From assembly GCA_965214605.1 (NCBI GenBank), contig OZ243961.1, positions 768,001-832,000 on the forward strand: a stretch of 64,000 bases of DNA, given 5' to 3'. The notes beneath the pieces were generated by a model. That model was not told the DNA's origin. It did not search any database and saw only the letters and a list, made by a program, of their open reading frames with translations. Below are positions 39,412 through 49,157 of the stretch, piece by piece (position 1 is the first letter of the stretch; every line of letters starts with the position of its first letter). The position numbers and the translations under genes are program-made. This DNA is from an uncultured Candidatus Binatia bacterium. GTDB taxonomy: Bacteria; Desulfobacterota; Binatia; Bin18.

Positions 39412-40953
39412 ATGACAAGCCCCAGTGCCGCACCTGAGATCGCCGGGGCAGAGGTAGTCGAGAACCTCGACCTGTTGCTTGATGTCCTGCCGTCCGAGGT
39501 CCGGGAAACCCTGGCCAGCGAGGATGACCTCGAGAGCTTGCTCGAGGTCATCCTCGACCTCGGGCGCCAGCCCGAAGCCCGTTACGTGGACAAGACCCGC
39601 TTCTTGCTCAACACCCCGGTCAGTCACGATGATATCGAGTTTACTGTCAGCCGGGTCGGCATGTTCACCCATGATAATCGGGCTGGCATTCCACGCACCC
39701 TGCATCGTATTTCGGCCATCCGTAACCGGACGGGAGAGGTGATCGGTCTCACCTGTCGGGTTGGTCGGGCGGTCTTCGGCACAGTTCGTATTGTCAAGAA
39801 TCTGATCACCGAAGACAAAAAAAGCATTCTGTTACTCGGCCCACCCGGGGTTGGCAAAACGACCCTGCTGCGCGAGGTAGCTCGGGTTCTGGCCGATGAA
39901 GCAGACGAGCGGGTCATTGTGGTTGATACCTCAAACGAGATTGCCGGTGATGGAGATATTCCCCACTCCGGGATCGGTCGGGCTCGTCGGATGCAAGTCC
40001 CCTCGCCCAATCTGCAGCACCAGGTCATGATCGAGGCGGTTGAAAATCATATGCCCGAAGTCATTGTGGTCGATGAGATCGGGACTGAAGCCGAAGCCGA
40101 CGCCGCCCGAACGATTGCCGAGCGGGGAGTGCGATTGATCGCTACGGCGCACGGCAGCGAGTTAGAAAATCTGATCCAAAACCCAACCCTGGCCGATCTG
40201 ATCGGGGGTATCCAATCCGTTACCCTAGGCGATATGGAAGCCCGGAGACGCGGGACACAGAAAACGGTCCTGGAACGGAGAGCCCCGCCAACATTCGACG
40301 TGGTAATCGAAATTCACGACCGTTCCCATTTTGCGATTCATTCCGATGTGACGGCTGCCGTCGATAGCTTTTTGCGGGGCCGTCCGCCCGCAGTCGAGCG
40401 ACGCACCCGGCTTGACGACGGCCAGATTGAGATCTGCCCTGCCGACCCGCCCAGCGAGCCGGCCTTGGACGGCCCACCAAGCCACGCTACGCCCGGCAAG
40501 CCACTGCGCATCTTTCCCTACGGCGTGAACCGTCACCGCTTAGAGCAGGCCATTCGCGACCTGAACGCCCCAGCCCGGATCGTCTCCCAGGCCAATCAGG
40601 CCGACGTCATCCTCACCGTCAGAGGCCAGCTCAAACGCCAACCCAAAGAACTGCGTCTGCTCGTGACCCACGGCCTACCACTGTATACCCTGCGCAATGA
40701 TACGCCGCTCCAGATGGGAAAGTTTCTGCGGAATCAGTTGGCCGCAGCCTTTCCCGAAGACCAGGCAGCCCTCAATGAAGCCGAAGCTGTGGTTGAGCAA
40801 GTTCTGGAACACAACCAAGCGCGCGAACTCTCACCCCAAATCCCCCGTCTCCGGCGCCTACAGCATGAGCTGGTGAAAAGCTATGGCTTGCGCTCAAAAA
40901 GCGAGGGCGAAGAGCCGTTTCGGCGCTTAGTCGTCTATCCCGGCCAGCGCTAG
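39412..40953 (+). CDS. Ycf45-like AAA ATPase with C-terminal R3H domain
   Basis: LDLGRQPEAR, GPPGVGKT (Walker A), VDTSNEIAG, EAVENHMPEVIVVDEIG and RRLQH...S.GEEP.RR motifs. Confidence 0.9.
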   Translation: MTSPSAAPEIAGAEVVENLDLLLDVLPSEVRETLASEDDLESLLEVILDLGRQPEARYVDKTRFLLNTPVSHDDIEFTVSRVGMFTHDNRAGIPRTLHRISAIRNRTGEVIGLTCRVGRAVFGTVRIVKNLITEDKKSILLLGPPGVGKTTLLREVARVLADEADERVIVVDTSNEIAGDGDIPHSGIGRARRMQVPSPNLQHQVMIEAVENHMPEVIVVDEIGTEAEADAARTIAERGVRLIATAHGSELENLIQNPTLADLIGGIQSVTLGDMEARRRGTQKTVLERRAPPTFDVVIEIHDRSHFAIHSDVTAAVDSFLRGRPPAVERRTRLDDGQIEICPADPPSEPALDGPPSHATPGKPLRIFPYGVNRHRLEQAIRDLNAPARIVSQANQADVILTVRGQLKRQPKELRLLVTHGLPLYTLRNDTPLQMGKFLRNQLAAAFPEDQAALNEAEAVVEQVLEHNQARELSPQIPRLRRLQHELVKSYGLRSKSEGEEPFRRLVVYPGQR

Positions 40954-40960
40954 GACTGTC

Positions 40961-42193
40961 TTAGCGGCCTATGACCATGGCCACACTAGTTGTGCCTGAG
41001 CCACCGATATTGAGCGTCGCAATCTTCTGGGCACCGTCAATCTGGTAGTCGTCGGCCTTTTCCGAGACCTGCTTATAGGCGTCTAGCGCCTGACGGACGC
41101 CGGTCGCGCCAACCGGATGCCCACAGCCAATTAGGCCCCCGCTGGCATTGATGGGCAGCTTGCTGCCGAACTCAATCACGCCCTCTTCGACCGCTTTCCA
41201 CGACTCTCCGGGCTGGGTTAAGCCAAAGTGGTCAATCGCCATATACTCAGAGGTAGTGAAACAGTCATGGGTCTCAATGCCCTGGACGCTCCAGACGTCC
41301 GGCAGCCCAGCCCGCTGGAAGGCATCGACAATCGCCCGACGGGTGTGCGGCAAAATGTATGGATTGTCCTGACTCTCCGAGATCTTGGTAGCAAACTTAA
41401 TCGGCGCGGTGCGGTGTCCCCAGCCAAGCACCCGTGGGATACGGTCTAGAGACAGGCCGTGGCGGTCAGCATATTTTGCGGCGAACACTTCTGAAGCCAG
41501 GAAAATTGCACTCGCCCCGTCCGTCACCTGGGAGCAGTCGCGTACGCGCAACCGTCCGGCCACTGGATTAACGTATTTGCCCGAAGATAGATCCTGGTTT
41601 TCATCCGGAAACCAGCCACGGGTTTGGGCCTGCGGGTTGCGACGCGCGTTGGCATAGTTGATCTCGGCAATGCGGGTCAAGTGTTCTTCCTTCAGACCAT
41701 AGCGTCCTTCATAGACGTCGCCTAGCTGACCGAACAGCTTGGGAAAGGCAAACTCCACGCCTTTGGCCTCCTGCTCGTACCAAGCTGCGGTCCCGAGAAA
41801 ATCGCCGCCCGTGGCAGGACTGACCGTCTTCATCTGTTCCACCCCGACAACCAGAGCGAGGTCGTAGCGGCCGGCCTCAATCTCGGCCGAGGCCATTAAC
41901 ATCGACACACTCCCGGAGGCGCAGGCGGCTTCGTGGCGTGAGGTCGGAATACCAGACAGAGCCGGATCTATCTCGGCCATAAAGGCCCCTAAGTGGCCCT
42001 GTTTGCAGTACAGTTCGGCCGCAAAATTCCCGACGTGCGCCACATCAACGTCCCGGGGCTCAAGGCCGGCCGCTTTGAAACCTTCCGAGACCGACTCCTG
42101 AATCATATCGACAATAGTCTGGCCTTCTTTCATCCAGTTGCGGGCAAAATCGGTCTGATATCCGCCCAACAAGTACACCGGTGCGCTCATCAT
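40961..42193 (-). CDS. Thiolase-family protein (SCP2-type acetyl-CoA acetyltransferase)
   Basis: EAACASG, CSQVTDG, ETHDCF, GHPVGATG and NIGGS motifs. Confidence 0.9.
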   Translation of the reverse strand: MMSAPVYLLGGYQTDFARNWMKEGQTIVDMIQESVSEGFKAAGLEPRDVDVAHVGNFAAELYCKQGHLGAFMAEIDPALSGIPTSRHEAACASGSVSMLMASAEIEAGRYDLALVVGVEQMKTVSPATGGDFLGTAAWYEQEAKGVEFAFPKLFGQLGDVYEGRYGLKEEHLTRIAEINYANARRNPQAQTRGWFPDENQDLSSGKYVNPVAGRLRVRDCSQVTDGASAIFLASEVFAAKYADRHGLSLDRIPRVLGWGHRTAPIKFATKISESQDNPYILPHTRRAIVDAFQRAGLPDVWSVQGIETHDCFTTSEYMAIDHFGLTQPGESWKAVEEGVIEFGSKLPINASGGLIGCGHPVGATGVRQALDAYKQVSEKADDYQIDGAQKIATLNIGGSGTTSVAMVIGR

Positions 42194-42272
42194 AGTCCTC
42201 CTGTCTGTCTCACACTGTCCCGCATCCAGGCGCGGGCATATCGCTTATCGAACCTACCAGGGAAACAAGATT

Positions 42273-42698
42273 CTACGCAACAGCGGGAAAGCGTCCAGCC
42301 TGATCCGGCACGACCGCTCCGGCCTGCTTGAGTCGTTGAATAACCGCCTGAGCATCGCCTTTGTTGGCTCTCAGCGCCCAGCGCAGAGCCGTATTGCCAT
42401 AATTATCCGTGGCATTGACATCCGCCCCTTTCGTTAGCAACAGGTCAACAACCGGGAGATGTCCCCTGCGTGAGGCAATAATCAGCGCTGTATGGCCAAA
42501 GCTGGCGTCTTTGGCGTTCACGTCCACTCCACTATTGATCATGCTCTCAAGGGCTGCCACATCCCCCGAGCCGGCTGCATTAAAGAAAGCAGCCTCCTGT
42601 GATGGTGGCGTCGGATCGCTATCCGGCTTAGTCAATTCAAGCCACACCAGCACCAGCACCCCAGCGCCGGCCAACAAGATCCATCGGGAGATATTCAT
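42273..42698 (-). CDS. Membrane-anchored ankyrin repeat protein
   Basis: N-terminal hydrophobic segment, followed by GVDVNAKD..GHTALIIASRRGH...LL..GADVNA.DNYGNTAL. Confidence 0.85.
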   Translation of the reverse strand: MNISRWILLAGAGVLVLVWLELTKPDSDPTPPSQEAAFFNAAGSGDVAALESMINSGVDVNAKDASFGHTALIIASRRGHLPVVDLLLTKGADVNATDNYGNTALRWALRANKGDAQAVIQRLKQAGAVVPDQAGRFPAVA

Positions 42699-42792
42699 CT
42701 TCAACCTCTCTTTGTCCTTGGATTATCTTCCCCCCTCCCCGGATGCCACCAGGCTTAGCCCACGTCGCGGAAGGCAACAAGAGGAGCAACCC

Positions 42793-43746
42793 TTAGGAAT
42801 TTTGCAATAGGACTTTTAGCACGCCCGGCTGCGCCGCGTGATGCACCGCTGCCAACCCCTCGTCCAAAGGATAGATAATATTGATCAACGGCGAGACACG
42901 CACCCGCCCGTCAGTCAAGGCTTGGAGGGCCGGAGCAAACCCCCCGCAGCGGGAGCCGACCACGCTGACCTCATTGATCACCAGCGGCGCCAGAGACAGA
43001 CGGTGTTGAGTGGCCAGGGTGCTTTTGAGCACCAGCGTCCCGCGTGGCCGAACCGTCTGCATGGCTAGGGCTAGCCCGCCCTCCGATCCGGTGGCCTCAA
43101 CAACGATATCAGCTCCAGACGGTTTCCAGTTGGCCACCATACAGGTTCGTACACCGACCCCCCTGAGAGACCCGAGCTTATCGGGGTGTTTGCCAACGAG
43201 CGTCACCCGCGCTCCGGTCTGATGAAGTACCTGAGCGCATAGCAGCCCGAGTTTCCCATCGCCAAACACCACCACGTCAGCGTTTGACGACACTGAGACT
43301 TGTTCCACTATCTCGAACGCCGCGGCCAAGGGCTCTGTGAAAACCGCCTCTTCATCAGCAACAGTGTCGGGCACGAGGTGCAGGTTTGCCACCGGGACAG
43401 CCACGTATTCGGCAAAGCTGCCATCGGCACTCAGAATGCCCATCACCTGGCGCGTTGGACAGTGGCGCGGCAAGCCGCTGCGACACATGTCACACGTCTG
43501 ACAGGCAAAATTAATCTCGCCCACGACCCGCTTCCCTATGAGTTCAACCGGCCCTTCCACCACCTCGCCGACAAATTCATGGCCGGGCACTCCAGCAAAC
43601 GCCATATAGCCTTTGAATATCTGGAGGTCGGTTGAGCAAATACCAGCTAGACGCACCCGAACGAGGGCAAATCCCGCGCTCACTGATGGCGTGGCGTACT
43701 TCTGGCACAGCCGCAAGTGTTGCCCGTCCCAGACTAGTGCTCGCAC
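42793..43746 (-). CDS. Zinc-dependent medium-chain alcohol dehydrogenase
   Basis: GICSTD, GHE, CxxCxxCx7C structural Zn motif and GDGKLG. Start placed at GTG 43746. Confidence 0.9.
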   Translation of the reverse strand: MRALVWDGQHLRLCQKYATPSVSAGFALVRVRLAGICSTDLQIFKGYMAFAGVPGHEFVGEVVEGPVELIGKRVVGEINFACQTCDMCRSGLPRHCPTRQVMGILSADGSFAEYVAVPVANLHLVPDTVADEEAVFTEPLAAAFEIVEQVSVSSNADVVVFGDGKLGLLCAQVLHQTGARVTLVGKHPDKLGSLRGVGVRTCMVANWKPSGADIVVEATGSEGGLALAMQTVRPRGTLVLKSTLATQHRLSLAPLVINEVSVVGSRCGGFAPALQALTDGRVRVSPLINIIYPLDEGLAAVHHAAQPGVLKVLLQNS

Positions 43747-44090
43747 AGCTCCTCTCTTGCCGGGTTTCTTGTCTCCACTCTGGATCGTAAGCAAATACGA
43801 CACTCGGAGTCAAGGCAAAACGAGCAGAGGCGGTACGCTCTCCATCCATATGTTCGGCCTAAGACTGCTCTTGTAAGATAGCGCTCCCGGGGATACAGGA
43901 GTGCCTCCTTAGCCTCTGTTCAACTGCGGCCCGGTGATGAAAGACACCTCCTGAATACTGGTCGATACTGAGTCATCGGCATCAGAGCACCCCCTCTCCG
44001 TTGTTGAAATCGGCGCGCAACGCACGCGGGGCTTGACGCCGGAGGTGCCCCTGCTCTGCCACCTGCTCGATTAGAATCGGGATAATCCTC

Positions 44091-44592
44091 ACAGACGCCG
44101 CCCGCATCCACGGCTATACCGAAGAGGAACTTCTTGAGCGCAACGGGAGAGGTGGTGTCCATGGCGTTCGCTAGTTGTCCACAACTTCCAGGACGACCTT
44201 ACTGAGTCGTGCCGCAACGCCTCAGGACGGATTGGAAGCCACGGCTTTCGTGCTCTGTGTCTACCACAATGCCTGCCGGATTTGTCCCGGCCAGCAACCG
44301 TAAGCGGCAAACCCTACTAGTCGGTATCATCGTCTGCCGTAGCGCAACGCATACCATGTGGAAACGGTGGTCCAGAGTAGGGAGGTGATCCGTCCGGCTG
44401 CAGGATTCGCGGCAGCGGGTGTCTCACTTTCCCGCCCAGAAATGGTATCCGCTCTGCATCGTCTTCGGGACATCTAAGGGCCGCTGTTCTGGGAAGTGGA
44501 GTGCGACGCGGGTCTGCAACGCCGGCCGGCATAGCGGCAACGGCTCAGGGGGGATCTTGGAGTTCGACTACCGGCAGATTCCGGAGGAATAA
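44091..44592 (+). pseudogene. Possible relic of a PAS/GAF sensory gene
   Basis: 44091-44174 translates TDAARIHGYTEEELLERN...VH (PAS-like), and 44542-44592 translates GSGGILEFDYRQIPEE (GAF-like). Both fragments are interrupted by stops. Confidence 0.3.
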
Positions 44593-45030
44593 CGCCAGAG
44601 GACTTGGGTGAGCAGCGGTAAGGGACCTCCTTCCTTCGCCGTCTCCGACGGTGCCTCGGATTGGCCCTCTCATAAGTCCCCATTCAATTGCGGTCACCGC
44701 CAACTCATTGATACGTGACCCGTCACAGGTGCGACATTTAAAAGAACTCTGCTGGTGCGAAGGACAGCTAACCCACTAGACTCGACCCGTCATGGCTCGC
44801 TAACCTAGGTGACACCTGCCTCCCGAGGGTAACCACCTTACTACACTCACCCTGTCACTGAGACCGAACCTGGAGGTAATCGACTGCAAGGGAAATTCCT
44901 TGGCCAAAACCGGGCTCTCTTTAGCCTCAAGAAACGAGAATCATATGTTAAGGGCAATGTCCGTATTCACAAACGCAAGGAGCAAAATCCGACCATCCGT
45001 TTCTCCGATTTTTGATGAAAGGGAGAGCCT

Positions 45031-46257
45031 ATGAGCAAGACAACACAGCCGCCGCTCATGCTAGACGGCATCACCGTCCTAGATTTTACCCAATATCTCG
45101 CCGGTCCAACGGCGACCCGTCTGATGGCAGAACTCGGTGCCGAGGTTATCAAAGTCGAACAGGCCCAGCAGGGCGATCCGGCCCGCACCATCCCTTTTCT
45201 CAAAGACGGCCGCAGCATCTACTTCATTCAACAAAATCGGGGCAAGAAGAGCGTCTGTGTGGATTTCAAAAAGCCCGAAGCGATTGAGCTCATCCGGGCA
45301 CTGATTCCCCACGTGGATGTAGTCATTGAGAATTATGGACCAGGCGTTCTAGAAAGACGCGGCCTTGACTACGAAACACTCAAACAGCTCAACCCGGGTA
45401 TCATCATGTGCTCAATCTCAGCTTTCGGTCGCCAGGGCCCACTGTCCCACCTGACCGGCTACGATTACATCGCTCAGGCGTTTTCCGGCATTATGCACAT
45501 GACCGGCGACCCGGATGGCCCGCCCCGCTTCGTCGGCGTGGCGATTGCCGATGGGGTTGCCGGGGTGCACGCTTTCGCGGCCCTTGGCTATGCCCTACTG
45601 CACCGTGACCGGACCGGCCAGGGACAGTACATCGACATGTCCATGGTCGATGCCCTCTACCATATGCAATCGGTTGAGGTGCAGCTGTACGCGGCCAGCA
45701 AAGGCGCCTATAAACCGCTCCGGTTTGGCATCCACCACAGACTATCGTGCCCTCAGGGTGTCTTTAAAGGGCCTGAGGGCTATATGGTGATTCTTGCTCT
45801 CAACCGCCAGTGGCCAAACGTGGCACGGGCGCTGGGCAGACCGGAATTGATCGACGATCCGCGCTTCTCCTCGGCTGGCAGACGCGCCAAACACAAGGAG
45901 GAGCTGATTGCCATGATTGAGGCATGGCTGCAAAGCTTCCCAAGCGATGAGGCCGCCCTCAAGGCCCTGGCCGACCACCGGGTGCCGGCCGGCCCGGTGC
46001 TGTCGATTGAAGAGACAGTTTCTCACCCGTATTTTGCGGCCAGAAAGATGGTCCGCCAAGTCCCGGATCGGGTCTTGGGCGAGGTGACCATCCCGGGCTT
46101 CCCGTTCAAGTTCTCGGCCTTTCCAGACAGCCTTGATCTTGAGGCGCCCTTTCTCGGTGAACACAACGATGCGGTGTTCGGTCGCTATCTGGGCCGCTCC
46201 CCGGATAGTCTCAACGCCCTGTATAAACAAGGCGCGTTATACCGGGGGACGACCTAA
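45031..46257 (+). CDS. Family III CoA-transferase (CaiB/BaiF)
   Basis: VLDFTQYLAGP, NRGKKS, ENYGPG, GYDYIAQ motifs; catalytic Asp in AIADG. Confidence 0.93.
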   Translation: MSKTTQPPLMLDGITVLDFTQYLAGPTATRLMAELGAEVIKVEQAQQGDPARTIPFLKDGRSIYFIQQNRGKKSVCVDFKKPEAIELIRALIPHVDVVIENYGPGVLERRGLDYETLKQLNPGIIMCSISAFGRQGPLSHLTGYDYIAQAFSGIMHMTGDPDGPPRFVGVAIADGVAGVHAFAALGYALLHRDRTGQGQYIDMSMVDALYHMQSVEVQLYAASKGAYKPLRFGIHHRLSCPQGVFKGPEGYMVILALNRQWPNVARALGRPELIDDPRFSSAGRRAKHKEELIAMIEAWLQSFPSDEAALKALADHRVPAGPVLSIEETVSHPYFAARKMVRQVPDRVLGEVTIPGFPFKFSAFPDSLDLEAPFLGEHNDAVFGRYLGRSPDSLNALYKQGALYRGTT

Positions 46258-46262
46258 GTGGC

Positions 46263-47672
46263 CTACACCGACGGCCGACGGGTGTGCCACTCGGTGGCCT
46301 GCTCATACGCGTGGCCGGCCTGTATGACGGTGCCCTCCTCACCGTGGCGTCCGATGAGTTGGAGACTCAGTGGCAGGCCGTCCGCGTTGAAGCCGCACGG
46401 AACCGAGATGGTTGGACTCCCAGAAAAATCGAACGGTGCAGTATGGCGCAGCAGACCGCCGGCAGCCGATCGGGACAGCGGGGCGTAGGGAGAAAACTCC
46501 GATAGGGGAACGGGCGCGCTAGGCGCTGACGGACAGAGCAACAGATCAACCTCTTGCCACAGGTCGTCAATCATACGGCATACCCCCTGGCGGATGATAT
46601 GCGCCTTGACATAGTCTGCCCCGCTGACCTTGACCCCTTCCTCTAGGAAGGAACGAAAGGTCAGCCCGTAATCGTCGGCCCGCGCTGGGTAGGTTTCGGC
46701 GTGCGCGTGCGCGGCCTCGGCCGCGCAGATTGAAAACCACGCGTCCAGCACTTCGGTGTTGATTCCGCTGACTTTCACCTCGCGGATTTCCGCGCCTAAA
46801 TCCTGCAAGACTTTGACCGTGCCCAGGACGGCCTGACTGACCTCGGATTCCACACCCTCGGTACAATAGGCTTCATCAACGCCGATCCGCAGCGCTTTGA
46901 CCCCATTATCAATCAGGTCCAGATAGTCGCGTACCGATTCCCGCCGGGTCGTCGGATCTTTTGGATCAAAACCCGCAATGGCACGGAGCATAATCGCCGC
47001 ATCGGCAACGCTCCGCGTCATCGGTCCTACATGGTCGAGGGTCTCGCCGAGCGGAAACACACCGTAGCGACTGACCCTGCCGTAGGTCTGCTTAATACCG
47101 ACGATGCCGCACGCGGCGGACGGAAAACGAATCGAGCCGCCGGTATCCGAGCCGAGCGAGCCAAAACACAGCGAGGCAGCTGTGGCGACCCCTGAGCCGC
47201 TTGATGAGGCACCCGGCCAGCGGTCGGGATTCCAGGGGTTGCGCGGTGGTTGTACCGAGGGATGATAGCCGGACAGGGCGAATTCCGTCATCCCTAGTTT
47301 GCCCAGCAATACCGCGCCCGCAGCGTACAGTTTGTCAATGACCGTGGCGTTGTGGTCGGGCACCAAGTCGGCCAGAATCTTCGAGGCACACGTGGTGCGA
47401 ATGCCTTTCGTGAAACACAGGTCTTTGACGGCAATCGGAATGCCGTGCAAGGGCCCTCGGTAGGTTCCGGCCGCGATCTCCTGCTCTGCGACCCGAGCCT
47501 GCTCCAGGGCAAAATCCGCAGTCACCGTGATATAGCTGTGCAGCTTGCCATCAGTGGCTTCGATGCGATCGAGCATGGCCTGGGTGAGTTCCACGGGCGA
47601 GACAGCTTTGCTTTGGATCAGCGCAGCAACTTCGGTCATCGTCTTGGTACACAGCTCAGCAAGGCTTGCCAT
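46263..47672 (-). CDS. Amidase signature family enzyme
   Basis: GPLHGIPIAVKD, GASSSGS and GSDTGGSIRFPS (Ser-cisSer-Lys triad). Confidence 0.93.
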   Translation of the reverse strand: MASLAELCTKTMTEVAALIQSKAVSPVELTQAMLDRIEATDGKLHSYITVTADFALEQARVAEQEIAAGTYRGPLHGIPIAVKDLCFTKGIRTTCASKILADLVPDHNATVIDKLYAAGAVLLGKLGMTEFALSGYHPSVQPPRNPWNPDRWPGASSSGSGVATAASLCFGSLGSDTGGSIRFPSAACGIVGIKQTYGRVSRYGVFPLGETLDHVGPMTRSVADAAIMLRAIAGFDPKDPTTRRESVRDYLDLIDNGVKALRIGVDEAYCTEGVESEVSQAVLGTVKVLQDLGAEIREVKVSGINTEVLDAWFSICAAEAAHAHAETYPARADDYGLTFRSFLEEGVKVSGADYVKAHIIRQGVCRMIDDLWQEVDLLLCPSAPSAPVPLSEFSPYAPLSRSAAGGLLRHTAPFDFSGSPTISVPCGFNADGLPLSLQLIGRHGEEGTVIQAGHAYEQATEWHTRRPSV

Positions 47673-47734
47673 AGTGCATCCCTCCTTAGGCCTTCTCCCT
47701 TAGCACTTTCTCGGAGCGAAAGAAAAGTGGTGAT

Positions 47735-49006
47735 TCACAGCCGCAGGATCGCCCCGTGCTCTTCAAGACGCTGCTGGAGGACGGAAATCTGAATCTGTTG
47801 GGGATCCGTTCCCGACCGGACCGCCAGGGCTGCTGCAGTGCCGGCCGCCTCGCCTGTCGCAATACACGGCGGAATCTCTTTGGTGGCATGATGAACCCGG
47901 TGATCGACCGAGATACAGCGACCAGCAACCAACAGGTTCGGAAATTCCTTGGTCAGCAGCGATCGGTAGGGAATATAGTAGACGGCCTCGTATTTGGTCC
48001 AATGCCCGGTCAGAGCAATGACATCCTCACACGGTGTGTCGATATCATCCCGTCCCAGCACAGTCTCGCCGACCAAACGGCGGCTCTCGGTGATCCCGAT
48101 TTGATCAGCAATGTGACAGAAGTGGGCTGTGGCAAAGCCCGGCACCTCGCGCCGCAGGCGGTCAACCTCTTCCATGACCCGCTTGCGGCATTCCAGCTCG
48201 GCATAGGTCAGGTCTTCGGGGTCGGTGGCGTCGATTTTACGGCTAATACGCTCGGTCGCTCCCCACGGCATCAGGACTTTGCCCTCGCCCGGAGTGTGAA
48301 AAAACCATCCCCCGGCTCGGATAGCGGCCTCGGGGTCTTCGACTCCGCCCATGCAAAACCACAGCCACGGCAAGACTTTTTCTTTTTCATAGGCGGCCCC
48401 GGCCGAGGTGAAGATGTCGCCGTCCCCGCTGGCATCAATAACGACATCGGCCACAATGGCAAAACGGCCAGACTTGCCCTGAAAGGTCACCCCGCTGACC
48501 CGGCCGTCCTGCACCACGGCCTCGCAAGCATACGCGTGCAGCAACAGCCGCACGCCGGCCTCTTGAGTCATTTGGTTCAGCGCAAACTTGAACTCTTCCG
48601 GATCATAGGCGACCGAGTAGCGTACCCGATGCGGTCCGTGGCCCCACACCAGACCCCAGCCCCGAGCGCGGCTGACGAGATCTTGGTCGGTGCTCCCCCA
48701 TTCGGCTTGGGGCGGGAAATAGGCGGCTTCGCGCCGGGCGAGCCGCTCCGTCACCTCTTGGCAGAGACCGCCCACGACCTGCCGGCCCCGACCGTCATCA
48801 AGGGTCAGCAGCAAAATAATCAGGCCGCCGGTGGCCAGCCCACCCAGATAGCCCAGCCGCTCAACCAGGATCACATCGGCCCCGTTACGAGCCGCGGCCA
48901 CCGCCGCGGCCACGCCGGCCGAACCGCCGCCAACCACCAAGACCTCGGTCTCGGCCTTGACCGGTGTCGAGCGTGGCGGCTCATCAATGAAATAAGGAGA
49001 CGGCAC
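47735..49006 (-). CDS. FAD-dependent oxidoreductase of unknown substrate
   Basis: VVGGGSAG, LGGLATGG, IDASGDGD, ESRR, IPYRSL, NLLVAGRCIS and GEAAGTAAA motifs. Confidence 0.88.
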   Translation of the reverse strand: MPSPYFIDEPPRSTPVKAETEVLVVGGGSAGVAAAVAAARNGADVILVERLGYLGGLATGGLIILLLTLDDGRGRQVVGGLCQEVTERLARREAAYFPPQAEWGSTDQDLVSRARGWGLVWGHGPHRVRYSVAYDPEEFKFALNQMTQEAGVRLLLHAYACEAVVQDGRVSGVTFQGKSGRFAIVADVVIDASGDGDIFTSAGAAYEKEKVLPWLWFCMGGVEDPEAAIRAGGWFFHTPGEGKVLMPWGATERISRKIDATDPEDLTYAELECRKRVMEEVDRLRREVPGFATAHFCHIADQIGITESRRLVGETVLGRDDIDTPCEDVIALTGHWTKYEAVYYIPYRSLLTKEFPNLLVAGRCISVDHRVHHATKEIPPCIATGEAAGTAAALAVRSGTDPQQIQISVLQQRLEEHGAILRL

Positions 49007-49157
49007 TGAACCCTCCGAGGTCTCTGATTTGCTGTTGCACTCTTCCCACCGCCAGCATCAGCGTCTCCTTTCAACAACTAGTGCACGACCCAGCTAGCCT
49101 TTCGACACAACTGACTCCATGCGGCTTCAGGAAATCGCTCCACAGCATATATCTCCC

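Noticed and set aside
43811-43890. c-di-GMP-I riboswitch-like words (GGCAAA, CGGCCTAAG, AAGATAGC)
   Set aside because: The GACGCAAAGC core, GNRA-capped P2 and P1/P3 pairings cannot be formed.
44501-44740. GTGCG motifs resembling group II intron 5' ends
   Set aside because: No domain V/VI sequence or reverse transcriptase ORF found on either strand.
46263-47672. GatA assignment for the amidase
   Set aside because: No adjacent gatC or gatB and no GatA-specific motifs; general amidase only.
47756-49009. 417-aa ORF antisense to the FAD oxidoreductase
   Set aside because: Mirror-frame shadow of a GC-rich gene with no motifs; the real gene is on the minus strand.
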